A stretch of DNA of 64,000 nucleotides from Eledone cirrhosa (Eukaryota), in the NCBI GenBank assembly GCA_964016885.1, contig OZ024747.1, forward strand, positions 49,786,001-49,850,000, read 5' to 3'. The notes under the pieces are model-generated. The model saw nothing but the letters and a program-made list of their open reading frames with translations, searched no databases and was not told the DNA's origin. How positions within the stretch are numbered: position 1 is the first letter of the stretch; each line of letters begins with the position of its first letter. Positions 1-15,000 of this stretch are shown here, one piece after another. Position numbers and translations under genes: made by a program.

Positions 1-3000
1 GTCATGTCACCAAAGTGATCATTTTACAGTGTGGACTGGGTGCTTTCTGTCATGACACCAAAGCAATCACTTTACAGTGTGGACTGGGTGCTTTCTGTCA
101 TGACACCAAAGTGATCACTTTACAGTGTGGACTGGGTGCATTCTGTCATGACACAAAAGCGATCACTTTACAGTGTGGACTGGGTGCTTTCTGTCAGTCC
201 CCACAGTGATCACTTTACAGTGTGGACTGGGTGCTTTCTGTCATGTCACCAAAGCAATCACTTTACACTGTGGACTGGGTGCTTTCTGTCATGACACCAA
301 AGTGATCACTTTACAGTGTGGACTGGGTGCATTCTGTCATGACACCAAAGTGATCACTTTACAGTGTGGACTGGGTGCTTTCTGTCATGTCACCAAAGTG
401 ATCACTTTACAGTGTGGACTGGGTGCTTTCTGTCATGTCACCAAAGTGATCACTTTACAGTGTGGACTGGGTGCTTTCTGTCATGACACCAAAGCAATCA
501 CTTTACAGTGTGGACTGGGTGCTTTCTGTCATGTCACCAAAGTGATCACTTTACAGTGTGGACTGGGTGCTTTCTGTCATGTCACCAAAGTGATCACTTT
601 ACAGTGTGGACTGGGTGCTTTCTGTCATGTCACCAAATTGATCACTTTACAGTGTGGACTGGGTGCTTTCTGTCATGACACCAAAGTGATCACTTTACAG
701 TGTGGACTGGGTGCTTTCTGTCATGTCACCAAAGTGATCACTTTACAGTGTGGACTGGGTGCTTTCTGTCATGTCACCAAAGCAATCACTTTACACTGTG
801 GACTGGGTGCTTTCTGTCATGACACCAAAGTGATCACTTTACAGTGTGGACTGGGTGCATTCTGTCATGACACCAAAGTGATCACTTTACAGTGTGGACT
901 GGGTGCTTTCTGTCATGTCACCAAAGCAATCACTTTACAGTGTGGACTGGGTGCTTTCTGTCATGTCACCAAAGCGATCACTTTACAGTGTGGACTGGGT
1001 GCTTTCTGTCATGTCACCAAAGCGATCACTTTACAGTGTATCCTGGGTGCTTTCTGTCATGACACCAAAGCGATCACTTTACAGTGTGGACTGGGTGCTT
1101 TCTGTCAAGACACCAAAGTGATCACTTTACAGTGTGGACTGGGTGCTTTCTGTCATGTCACCAAAGTGATCACTTTACAGTATGGACAGGGTGCTTTCTG
1201 TCACCAAAGCGATCACTTTACAGTGTGGACTGGGTGCTTTCTGTCATGTCACCAAAGTGATCACTTTACAGTGTGGACTGGGTGCTTTCTGTCATGTCAC
1301 CAAAGTGATCATTTTACAGTGTGGACTGGGTGCTTTCTGTCATGACACCAAAGCAATCACTTTACAGTGTGGACTGGGTGCTTTCTGTCATGACACCAAA
1401 GTGATCACTTTACAGTGTGGACTGGGTGCATTCTGTCATGACACAAAAGCGATCACTTTACAGTGTGGACTGGGTGCTTTCTGTCATGTCACCACAGTGA
1501 TCACTTTACAGTGTGGACTGGGTGCTTTCTGTCATGTCACCAAAGCAATCACTTTACACTGTGGACTGGGTGCTTTCTGTCATGACACCAAAGTGATCAC
1601 TTTACAGTGTGGACTGGGTGCATTCTGTCATGACACCAAAGTGATCACTTTACAGTGTGGACTGGGTGCTTTCTGTCATGTCACCAAAGCAATCACTTTA
1701 CAGTGTGGACTGGGTGCTTTCTGTCATGTCACCAAAGCGATCACTTTACAGTGTGGACTGGGTGCTTTCTGTCATGTCACCAAAGCGATCACTTTACTGT
1801 GTGGACTGGGTGCTTTCTGTCATGACACCAAAGTGATCACTTTACAGTGTGGACTGGGTGCTTTCTGTCATGTCACCAAAGTGATCACTTTACAGTGTGG
1901 ACTGGGTGCTTTCTGTCATGTCACCAAAGTGATCACTTTACAGTGTGGACTGGGTGCTTTCTGTCAAGACACCAAAGTGATCACTTTACAGTGTGGACTG
2001 GGTGCTTTCTGTCATGTCACCAAAGTGATCACTTTACAGTATGGACTGGGTGCTTTCTGTCATGTCACCAAAGCGATCACTTTACAGTGTGGACTGGGTG
2101 CTTTCTGTCATGTCACCAAAGTGATCACTTTACAGTGTGGACTGGGTGCTTTCTGTCAAGACACCAAAGTGATCACTTTACAGTGTGGATTGGGTGCTTT
2201 CTGTCATGTCACCAAAGTGATCACTTTACAGTGTGGACTGGGTGCTTTCTGTCATGTCACCAAAGTAATCACTTTACAGTGTGGACTGGGTGCTTTCTGT
2301 TATGTCACCAAAGTGATCACTTTACAGTGTTGACGGGGTGCATTCTGTCATGTCACCAAAGTGATCACTTTACAGTGTGGACTGGGTGCTTTCTGTCATG
2401 TCACCAAAGCAATCACTATACAGTGTGGACTGGGTGCTTTCTGTCATGTCACCAAAGTGATCACTTTACAGTGTGGACTGGGTGCTTTCTGTCATGTCAC
2501 CAAAGTGATCACTTTACAGTGTGGACTGGGTGCTTTCTGTCATGTCACCAAAGTGATCACTTTACAGTGTGGACTGGGTGCTTTCTGTCATGACACCAAA
2601 GCAATCACTTTACAGTGTGGACTGGGTGCTTTCTGTCATGTCACCAAAGTGATCACTTTACAGTGTGGACTGGGTGCTTTCTGTCATGACACCAAAGTGA
2701 TCACTTTACAGTGTGGACTGGGTGCTTTCTGTCATGTCACCAAATTGATCACTTTACAGTGTGGACTGGGTGCTTTCTGTCATGACACCAAAGTGATCAC
2801 TTTACAGTGTGGACTGGGTGCTTTCTGTCATGTCACCAAAGTGATCACTTTACAGTGTGGACTGGGTGCTTTCTGTCATGTCACCAAAGTGATCACTTTA
2901 CAGTGTGGACTGGGTGCATTCTGTCATGACACAAAAGCGATCACTTTACAGTGTGGACTGGGTGCTTTCTGTCATGTCACCAAAGCAATCACTTTACACT

Positions 3001-6000
3001 GTGGACTGGGTGCTTTCTGTCATGACACCAAAGTGATCACTTTACAGTGTGGACTGGGTGCATTCTGTCATGACACCAAAGTGATCACTTTACAGTGTGG
3101 ACTGGGTGCTTTCTGTCATGTCACCAAAGCGATCACTTTACAGTGTGGACTGGGTGCTTTCTGTCATGACACCAAAGCAATCAGTTTACAGTGTGGACTG
3201 GGTGCTTTCTGTCATGACACCAAAGTGATCACTTTACAGTGTGGACTGGGTGCTTTCTGTCATGTCGCCAAAGCGATCACTTTACAGTGTGGACTGGGTG
3301 CTTTCTGTCATGTCACCAAAGAAATCACATTACAGTGTGGACTGGGTGCTTTCTGTCATGTCACCAAAGTGATCACTTTACAGTGTGGACTGGGTGCTTT
3401 CTGTCATGTCACCAAAGTGATCACTTTACAGTGTGGATTGGGTGCTTTCTGTCATGTCACCAAAGTGATCACTTTACAGTGTGGATTGGGTGCTTTCTGT
3501 CATGTCACCAATGTGATCACTTTACAGTGTGGACTGGGTGCTTTCTGTCATGTCACCAAAGCAATCACTTTACAGTGTGGACTGGGTGCTTTCTGTCATG
3601 TCACCAAAGTGATCACTTTACAGTGTGGACTGGGTGCTTTCTGTCATGTCACCAAAGTGATCACTTTACAGTGTGGACTGGGTGCTTTCTGTCATGTCAC
3701 CAAAGCAATCACTTTACAGTGTGGACTGGGTGCTTTCTGTCATGTCACCAAAGTGATCACTTTACAGTGTGGACTGAGTGCTTTCTGTCATGTCACCAAA
3801 GTGATCACTTTACAGTGTGGACTGGGTGCTTTCTGTCATGTCACCAAAGTGATCACTTTACAGTGTGGACTGGGTGCTTTCTGTCATGTCACCAAAGTGA
3901 TCACTTTACAGTGTGGACTGGGTGCTTTCTGTCATGACACCAAAGCAATCACTTTACAGTGTGGACTGGGTGCTTTCTGTCATGTCACCAAAGTGATCAC
4001 TTTACAGTGTGGACTGGGTGCTTTCTGTCATGTCACCAAAGTGATCACTTTACAGTGTGGACTGGGTGCTTTCTGTCATGTCAACAAATTGATCACTTTA
4101 CAGTGTGGACTGGGTGCTTTCTGTCATGACACCAAAGTGATCACTTTACAGTGTGAACTGGGTGCTTTCTGTCATGTCACCAAAGTGATCACTTTACAGT
4201 GTGGACTGGGTGCTTTCTGTCATGTCACCAAAGTGATCACTTTACAGTGTGGACTGGGTGCATTCTGTCATGACACAAAAGCGATCACTTTACAGTGTGG
4301 ACTGGGTGCTTTCTGTCATGTCACCACAGTGATCACTTTACAGTGTGGACTGGGTGCTTTCTGTCATGTCACCAAAGCAATCACTTTACACTGTGGACTG
4401 GGTGCTTTCTGTCATGACACCAAAGTGATCACTTTACAGTGTGGACTGGGTGCATTCTGTCATGACACCAAAGTGATCACTTTACAGTGTGGACTGGGTG
4501 CTTTCTGTCATGTCACCAAAGCAATCACTTTACAGTGTGGACTGGGTGCTTTCTGTCATGTCACCAAAGCGATCACTTTACAGTGTGGACTGGGTGCTTT
4601 CTGTCATGTCACCAAAGCGATCACTTTACAGTGTGGACTGGGTGCTTTCTGTCATGACACCAAAGTGATCACTTTACAGTGTGGACTGGGTGCTTTCTGT
4701 CAAGACACCAAAGTGATCACTTTACAGTGTGGACTGGGTGCTTTCTGTCATGTCACCAAAGTGATCACTTTACAGTATGGACTGGGTGCTTTCTGTCACC
4801 AAAGCGATCACTTTACAGTGTGGACTGGGTGCTTTCTGTCATGTCACCAAAGTGATCACTTTACAGTGTGGACTGGGTGCTTTCTGTCAAGACACCAAAG
4901 TGATCACTTTACAGTGTGGACTGGGTGCTTTCTGTCATGTCACCAAAGTGATCACTTTACAGTGTGGACTGGGTTTTCTGTCATGTCACCAAAGTGATCA
5001 CTTTACAGTGTGGACTGGGTGCTTTCTGTCATGTCACCAAAGTGATCATTTTACAGTGTGGACTGGGTGCTTTCTGTCATGACACCAAAGCAATCACTTT
5101 ACAGTGTGGACTGGGTGCTTTCTGTCATGACACCAAAGTGATCACTTTACAGTGTGGACTGGGTGCATTCTGTCATGACACAAAAGCGATCACTTTACAG
5201 TGTGGACTGGGTGCTTTCTGTCAGTCACCACAGTGATCACTTTACAGTGTGGACTGGGTGCTTTCTGTCATGACACCAAAGTGATCACTTTACAGTGTGG
5301 ACTGGGTGCATTCTGTCATGACACCAAAGTGATCACTTTACAGTGTGGACTGGGTGCTTTCTGTCATGTCACCAAAGTGATCACTTTACAGTGTGGACTG
5401 GGTGCTTTCTGTCATGTCACCAAAGTGATCACTTTACAGTGTGGACTGGGTGCTTTCTGTCATGACACCAAAGCAATCACTTTACAGTGTGGACTGGGTG
5501 CTTTCTGTCATGTCACCAAAGTGATCACTTTACAGTGTGGACTGGGTGCTTTCTGTCATGTCACCAAAGTGATCACTTTACAGAGTGGACTGGGTGCTTT
5601 CTGTCATGTCACCAAATTGATCACTTTACAGTGTGGACTGGGTGCTTTCTGTCATGACACCAAAGTGATCACTTTACAGTGTGGACTGGGTGCTTTCTGT
5701 CATGTCACCAAAGTGATCACTTTACAGTGTGGACTGGGTGCTTTCTGTCATGTCACCAAAGTGATCACTTTACAGTGTGGACTGGGTGCATTCTGTCATG
5801 ACACAAAAGCGATCACTTTACAGTGTGGACTGGGTGCTTTCTGTCATGTCACCACAGTGATCACTTTACAGTGTGGACTGGGTGCTTTCTGTCATGTCAC
5901 CAAAGCAATCACTTTACACTGTGGACTGGGTGCTTTCTGTCATGACACCAAAGTGATCACTTTACAGTGTGGACTGGGTGCATTCTGTCATGACACCAAA

Positions 6001-9000
6001 GTGATCACTTTACAGTGTGGACTGGGTGCTTTCTGTCATGTCACCAAAGCAATCACTTTAAGGTGTGGACTGGGTGCTTTCTGTCATGTCACCAAAGCGA
6101 TCACTTTACAGTGTGGACTGGGTGCTTTCTGTCATGTCACCAAAGCGATCACTTTACAGTGTGGACTGGGTGCTTTCTGTCATGACACCAAAGTGATCAC
6201 TTTACAGTGTGGACTGGGTGCTTTCTGTCAAGACACCAAAGTGATCACTTTACAGTGTGGACTGGGTGCTTTCTGTCATGTCACCAAAGTGATCACTTTA
6301 CAGTATGGACAGGGTGCTTTCTGTCACCAAAGCGATCACTTTACAGTGTGGACTGGGTGCTTTCTGTCATGTCACCAAAGTGATCACTTTACAGTGTGGA
6401 CTGGGTGCTTTCTGTCATGTCACCAAAGTGATCATTTTACAGTGTGGACTGGGTGCTTTCTGTCATGACACCAAAGCAATCACTTTACAGTGTGGACTGG
6501 GTGCTTTCTGTCATGACACCAAAGTGATCACTTTACAGTGTGGACTGGGTGCATTCTGTCATGACACAAAAGCGATCACTTTACAGTGTGGACTGGGTGC
6601 TTTCTGTCATGTCACCACAGTGATCACTTTACAGTGTGGACTGGGTGCTTTCTGTCATGTCACCAAAGCAATCACTTTACACTGTGGACTGGGTGCTTTC
6701 TGTCATGACACCAAAGTGATCACTTTACAGTGTGGACTGGGTGCATTCTGTCATGACACCAAACTGATCACTTTACAGTGTGGACTGGGTGCTTTCTGTC
6801 ATGTCACCAAAGCAATCACTTTACAGTGTGGACTGGGTGCTTTCTGTCATGTCACCAAAGCGATCACTTAACAGTGTGGACTGGGTGCTTTCTGTCATGT
6901 CACCAAAGCGATCACTTTACTGTGTGGACTGGGTGCTTTCTGTCATGACACAAAAGTGATCACTTTACAGTGTGGACTGGGTGCTTTCTGTCATGTCACC
7001 AAAGTGATCACTTTACAGTGTGGACTGGGTGCTTTCTGTCATGTCACCAAAGTGATCACTTTACAGTGTGGACTGGGTGCTTTCTGTCAAGACACCAAAG
7101 TGATCACTTTACAGTGTGGACTGGGTGCTTTCTGTCATGTCACCAAAGTGATCATTTTACAGTATGGACTGGGTGCTTTCTGTCATGTCACCAAAGCGAT
7201 CACTTTACAGTGTGGACTGGGTGCTTTCTGTCATGTCACCAAAGTGATCACTTTACAGTGTGGACTGGGTGCTTTCTGTCAAGACACCAAAGTGATCACT
7301 TTACAGTGTGGATTGGGTGCTTTCTGTCATGTCACCAAAGTGATCACTTTACAGTGTGGACTGGGTGCTTTCTGTCATGTCACCAAAGTAATCACTTTAC
7401 AGTGTGGACTGGGTGCTTTCTGTTATGTCACCAAAGTGATCACTTTACAGTGTTGACGGGGTGCATTCTGTCATGTCACCAAAGTGATCACTTTACAGTG
7501 TGGACTGGGTGCTTTCTGTCATGTCACCAAAGCAATCACTATACAGTGTGGACTGGGTGCTTTCTGTCATGTCACCAAAGTGATCACTTTACAGTGTGGA
7601 CTGGGTGCTTTCTGTCATGTCACCAAAGTAATCACTTTACAGTGTGGACTGGGTGCTTTCTGTTATGTCACCAAAGTGATCACTTTACAGTGTTGACGGG
7701 GTGCATTCTGTCATGTCACCAAAGTGATCACTTTACAGTGTGGACTGGGTGCTTTCTGTCATGTCACCAAAGCAATCACTATACAGTGTGGACTGGGTGC
7801 TTTCTGTCATGTCACCAAAGTGATCACTTTACAGTGTGGACTGGGTGCTTTCTGTCATGTCACCAAAGTGATCACTTTACAGTGTGGACTGGGTGCTTTC
7901 TGTCATGTCACCAAAGTGATCACTTTACAGTGTGGACTGGGTGCTTTCTGTCATGACACCAAAGCAATCACTTTACAGTGTGGACTGGGTGCTTTCTGTC
8001 ATGTCACCAAAGTGATCACTTTACAGTGTGGACTGGGTGCTTTCTGTCATGACACCAAAGTGATCACTTTACAGTGTGGACTGGGTGCTTTCTGTCATGT
8101 CACCAAATTGATCACTTTACAGTGTGGACTGGGTGCTTTCTGTCATGACACCAAAGTGATCACTTTACAGTGTGGACTGGGTGCTTTCTGTCATGTCACC
8201 AAAGTGATCACTTTACAGTGTGGACTGGGTGCTTTCTGTCATGTCACCAAAGTGATCACTTTACAGTGTGGACTGGGTGCATTCTGTCATGACACAAAAG
8301 CGATCACTTTACAGTGTGGACTGGGTGCTTTCTGTCATGTCACCAAAGCAATCACTTTACACTGTGGACTGGGTGCTTTCTGTCATGACACCAAAGTGAT
8401 CACTTTACAGTGTGGACTGGGTGCATTCTGTCATGACACCAAAGTGATCACTTTACAGTGTGGACTGGGTGCTTTCTGTCATGTCACCAAAGCGATCACT
8501 TTACAGTGTGGACTGGGTGCTTTCTGTCATGACACCAAAGCAATCAGTTTACAGTGTGGACTGGGTGCTTTCTGTCATGACACCAAAGTGATCACTTTAC
8601 AGTGTGGACTGGGTGCTTTCTGTCATGTCGCCAAAGCGATCACTTTACAGTGTGGACTGGGTGCTTTCTGTCATGTCACCAAAGAAATCACATTACAGTG
8701 TGGACTGGGTGCTTTCTGTCATGTCACCAAAGTGATCACTTTACAGTGTGGACTGGGTGCTTTCTGTCATGTCACCAATGTGATCACTTTACAGTGTGGA
8801 CTGGGTGCTTTCTGTCATGTCACCAAATTGATCACTTTACAGTGTGGACTGGGTGCTTTCTGTCATGACACCAAAGTGATCACTTTACAGTGTGGACTGG
8901 GTGCTTTCTGTCATGTCACCAAAGTGATCACTTTACAGTGTGGACTGGGTGCTTTCTGTCATGTCACCAAAGCAATCACTTTACAGTGTGGACTGGGTGC

Positions 9001-12000
9001 TTTCTGTCATGTCACCAAAGTGATCACTTTACAGTGTGGACTGAGTGCTTTCTGTCATGTCACCAAAGTGATCACTTTACAGTGTGGACTGGGTGCTTTC
9101 TGTCATGTCACCAAAGTGATCACTTTACAGTGTGGACTGGGTGCTTTCTGTCATGTCACCAAAGTGATCACTTTACAGTGTGGACTGGGTGCTTTCTGTC
9201 ATGACACCAAAGCAATCACTTTACAGTGTGGACTGGGTGCTTTCTGTCATGTCACCAAAGTGATCACTTTACAGTGTGGACTGGGTGCTTTCTGTCATGT
9301 CACCAAAGTGATCACTTTACAGTGTGGACTGGGTGCTTTCTGTCATGTCAACAAATTGATCACTTTACAGTGTGGACTGGGTGCTTTCTGTCATGACACC
9401 AAAGTGATCACTTTACAGTGTGAACTGGGTGCTTTCTGTCATGTCACCAAAGTGATCACTTTACAGTGTGGACTGGGTGCTTTCTGTCATGTCACCAAAG
9501 TGATCACTTTACAGTGTGGACTGGGTGCATTCTGTCATGACACAAAAGCGATCACTTTACAGTGTGGACTGGGTGCTTTCTGTCATGTCACCACAGTGAT
9601 CACTTTACAGTGTGGACTGGGTGCTTTCTGTCATGTCACCAAAGCAATCACTTTACACTGTGGACTGGGTGCTTTCTGTCATGACACCAAAGTGATCACT
9701 TTACAGTGTGGACTGGGTGCATTCTGTCATGACACCAAAGTGATCACTTTACAGTGTGGACTGGGTGCTTTCTGTCATGTCACCAAAGCAATCACTTTAC
9801 AGTGTGGACTGGGTGCTTTCTGTCATGTCACCAAAGCGATCACTTTACAGTGTGGACTGGGTGCTTTCTGTCATGTCACCAAAGCGATCACTTTACAGTG
9901 TGGACTGGGTGCTTTCTGTCATGACACCAAAGTGATCACTTTACAGTGTGGACTGGGTGCTTTCTGTCAAGACACCAAAGTGATCACTTTACAGTGTGGA
10001 CTGGGTGCTTTCTGTCATGTCACCAAAGTGATCACTTTACAGTATGGACTGGGTGCTTTCTGTCACCAAAGCGATCACTTTACAGTGTGGACTGGGTGCT
10101 TTCTGTCATGTCACCAAAGTGATCACTTTACAGTGTGGACTGGGTGCTTTCTGTCAAGACACCAAAGTGATCACTTTACAGTGTGGACTGGGTGCTTTCT
10201 GTCATGTCACCAAAGTGATCACTTTACAGTGTGGACTGGGTTTTCTGTCATGTCACCAAAGTGATCACTTTACAGTGTGGACTGGGTGCTTTCTGTCATG
10301 TCACCAAAGTGATCATTTTACAGTGTGGACTGGGTGCTTTCTGTCATGACACCAAAGCAATCACTTTACAGTGTGGACTGGGTGCTTTCTGTCATGACAC
10401 CAAAGTGATCACTTTACAGTGTGGACTGGGTGCATTCTGTCATGACACAAAAGCGATCACTTTACAGTGTGGACTGGGTGCTTTCTGTCAGTCACCACAG
10501 TGATCACTTTACAGTGTGGACTGGGTGCTTTCTGTCATGACACCAAAGTGATCACTTTACAGTGTGGACTGGGTGCATTCTGTCATGACACCAAAGTGAT
10601 CACTTTACAGTGTGGACTGGGTGCTTTCTGTCATGTCACCAAAGTGATCACTTTACAGTGTGGACTGGGTGCTTTCTGTCATGTCACCAAAGTGATCACT
10701 TTACAGTGTGGACTGGGTGCTTTCTGTCATGACACCAAAGCAATCACTTTACAGTGTGGACTGGGTGCTTTCTGTCATGTCACCAAAGTGATCACTTTAC
10801 AGTGTGGACTGGGTGCTTTCTGTCATGTCACCAAAGTGATCACTTTACAGAGTGGACTGGGTGCTTTCTGTCATGTCACCAAATTGATCACTTTACAGTG
10901 TGGACTGGGTGCTTTCTGTCATGACACCAAAGTGATCACTTTACAGTGTGGACTGGGTGCTTTCTGTCATGTCACCAAAGTGATCACTTTACAGTGTGGA
11001 CTGGGTGCTTTCTGTCATGTCACCAAAGTGATCACTTTACAGTGTGGACTGGGTGCATTCTGTCATGACACAAAAGCGATCACTTTACAGTGTGGACTGG
11101 GTGCTTTCTGTCATGTCACCACAGTGATCACTTTACAGTGTGGACTGGGTGCTTTCTGTCATGTCACCAAAGCAATCACTTTACACTGTGGACTGGGTGC
11201 TTTCTGTCATGACACCAAAGTGATCACTTTACAGTGTGGACTGGGTGCATTCTGTCATGACACCAAAGTGATCACTTTACAGTGTGGACTGGGTGCTTTC
11301 TGTCATGTCACCAAAGCAATCACTTTACAGTGTGGACTGGGTGCTTTCTGTCATGTCACCAAAGCGATCACTTTACAGTGTGGACTGGGTGCTTTCTGTC
11401 ATGTCACCAAAGCGATCACTTTACAGTGTGGACTGGGTGCTTTCTGTCATGACACCAAAGTGATCACTTTACAGTGTGGACTGGGTGCTTTCTGTCAAGA
11501 CACCAAAGTGATCACTTTACAGTGTGGACTGGGTGCTTTCTGTCATGTCACCAAAGTGATCACTTTACAGTATGGACAGGGTGCTTTCTGTCACCAAAGC
11601 GATCACTTTACAGTGTGGACTGGGTGCTTTCTGTCATGTCACCAAAGTGATCACTTTACAGTGTGGACTGGGTGCTTTCTGTCATGTCACCAAAGTGATC
11701 ATTTTACAGTGTGGACTGGGTGCTTTCTGTCATGACACCAAAGCAATCACTTTACAGTGTGGACTGGGTGCTTTCTGTCATGACACCAAAGTGATCACTT
11801 TACAGTGTGGACTGGGTGCATTCTGTCATGACACAAAAGCGATCACTTTACAGTGTGGACTGGGTGCTTTCTGTCATGTCACCACAGTGATCACTTTACA
11901 GTGTGGACTGGGTGCTTTCTGTCATGTCACCAAAGCAATCACTTTACACTGTGGACTGGGTGCTTTCTGTCATGACACCAAAGTGATCACTTTACAGTGT

Positions 12001-15000
12001 GGACTGGGTGCATTCTGTCATGACACCAAACTGATCACTTTACAGTGTGGACTGGGTGCTTTCTGTCATGTCACCAAAGCAATCACTTTACAGTGTGGAC
12101 TGGGTGCTTTCTGTCATGTCACCAAAGCGATCACTTAACAGTGTGGACTGGGTGCTTTCTGTCATGTCACCAAAGCGATCACTTTACTGTGTGGACTGGG
12201 TGCTTTCTGTCATGACACAAAAGTGATCACTTTACAGTGTGGACTGGGTGCTTTCTGTCATGTCACCAAAGTGATCACTTTACAGTGTGGACTGGGTGCT
12301 TTCTGTCATGTCACCAAAGTGATCACTTTACAGTGTGGACTGGGTGCTTTCTGTCAAGACACCAAAGTGATCACTTTACAGTGTGGACTGGGTGCTTTCT
12401 GTCATGTCACCAAAGTGATCACTTTACAGTATGGACTGGGTGCTTTCTGTCATGTCACCAAAGCGATCACTTTACAGTGTGGACTGGGTGCTTTCTGTCA
12501 TGTCACCAAAGTGATCACTTTACAGTGTGGACTGGGTGCTTTCTGTCAAGACACCAAAGTGATCACTTTACAGTGTGGATTGGGTGCTTTCTGTCATGTC
12601 ACCAAAGTGATCACTTTACAGTGTGGACTGGGTGCTTTCTGTCATGTCACCAAAGTAATCACTTTACAGTGTGGACTGGGTGCTTTCTGTTATGTCACCA
12701 AAGTGATCACTTTACAGTGTTGACGGGGTGCATTCTGTCATGTCACCAAAGTGATCACTTTACAGTGTGGACTGGGTGCTTTCTGTCATGTCACCAAAGC
12801 AATCACTATACAGTGTGGACTGGGTGCTTTCTGTCATGTCACCAAAGTGATCACTTTACAGTGTGGACTGGGTGCTTTCTGTCATGTCACCAAAGTGATC
12901 ACTTTACAGTGTGGACTGGGTGCTTTCTGTCATGTCACCAAAGTGATCACTTTACAGTGTGGACTGGGTGCTTTCTGTCATGTCACCAAAGTGATCACTT
13001 TACAGTGTGGACTGGGTGCTTTCTGTCATGACACCAAAGCAATCACTTTACAGTGTGGACTGGGTGCTTTCTGTCATGTCACCAAAGTGATCACTTTACA
13101 GTGTGGACTGGGTGCTTTCTGTCATGACACCAAAGTGATCACTTTACAGTGTGGACTGGGTGCTTTCTGTCATGTCACCAAATTGATCACTTTACAGTGT
13201 GGACTGGGTGCTTTCTGTCATGACACCAAAGTGATCACTTTACAGTGTGGACTGGGTGCTTTCTGTCATGTCACCAAAGTGATCACTTTACAGTGTGGAC
13301 TGGGTGCTTTCTGTCATGTCACCAAAGTGATCACTTTACAGTGTGGACTGGGTGCATTCTGTCATGACACAAAAGCTATCACTTTACAGTGTGGACTGGG
13401 TGCTTTCTGTCATGTCACCAAAGCAATCACTTTACACTGTGGACTGGGTGCTTTCTGTCATGACACCAAAGTGATCACTTTACAGTGTGGACTGGGTGCA
13501 TTCTGTCATGACACCAAAGTGATCACTTTACAGTGTGGACTGGGTGCTTTCTGTCATGTCACCAAAGCAATCACTTTACAGTGTGGACTGGGTGCTTTCT
13601 GTCATGTCACCAAAGCGATCACTTTACAGTGTGGACTGGGTGCTTTCTGTCATGTCACCAAAGCGATCACTTTACAGTGTGGACTGGGTGCTTTCTGTCA
13701 TGACACCAAAGTGATCACTTTACAGTGTGGACTGGGTGCTTTCTGTCATGTCACCAAAGTGATCACTTTACAGTGTGGACTGGGTGCTTTCTGTCATGTC
13801 ACCAAAGTGATCACTTTACAGTGTGGACTGGGTGCTTTCTGTCAAGACACCAAAGTGATCACTTTACAGTGTGGACTGGGTGCTTTCTGTCATGTCACCA
13901 AAGTGATCACTTTACAGTATGGACTGGGTGCTTTCTGTCATGTCACCAAACCGATCACTTTACAGTGTGGACTGGGTGCTTTCTGTCATGTCACCAAAGT
14001 GATCACTTTACAGTGTGGACTGGGTTTTCTGTCATGTCACCAAAGTGATCACTTTACAGTGTGGACTGGGTGCTTTCTGTCATGTCACCAAAGTGATCAT
14101 TTTACAGTGTGGACTGGGTGATTTCTGTCATGTCACCAAAGCAATCACTTTACAGTGTGGACTGGGTGCTTTCTGTCATGTCACCAAAGCAATCACTTTA
14201 CAGTGTGGACTGGGTGCTTTCTGTCATGTCACCAAAGTGATCACTTTACAGTGTGGACTGGGTGCTTTCTGTCATGTCACCAAAGTGATCACTTTACAGT
14301 GTGGACTGGGTGCTTTCTGTCATGTCACCAAAGTAATCACTTTACAGTGTGGACTGGGTGCTTTTTGTTATGTCACCAAAGTGATCACTTTACAGTGTTG
14401 ACGGGGTGCATTCTGTCATGTCACCAAAGTGATCACTTTACAGTGTGGACTGGGTGCTTTCTGTCATGTCACCAAAGCAATCACTATACAGTGTGGACTG
14501 GGTGCTTTCTGTCATGTCACCAAAGTGATCACTTTACAGTGTGGACTGGGTGCTTTCTGTCATGTCACCAAAGTGATCACTTTACAGTGTGGACTGGGTG
14601 CTTTCTGTCATGTCACCAAAGTGATCACTTTACAGTGTGGACTGGGTGCTTTCTGTCATGTCACCAAAGTGATCACTTTACAGTGTGGACTGGGTGCTTT
14701 CTGTCATGACACCAAAGCAATCACTTTACAGTGTGGACTGGGTGGTTTCTGTCATGTCACCAAAGTGATCACTTTACAGTGTGGACTGGGTGCTTTCTGT
14801 CATGACACCAAAGTGATCACTTTACAGTGTGGACTGGGTGCTTTCTGTCATGTCACCAAATTGATCACTTTACAGTGTGGACTGGGTGCTTTCGGTCATG
14901 ACACCAAAGTGATCACTTTACAGTGTGGACTGGGTGCTTTCTGTCATGTCACCAAAGTGATCACTTTACAGTGTGGACTGGGTGCTTTCTGTCATGTCAC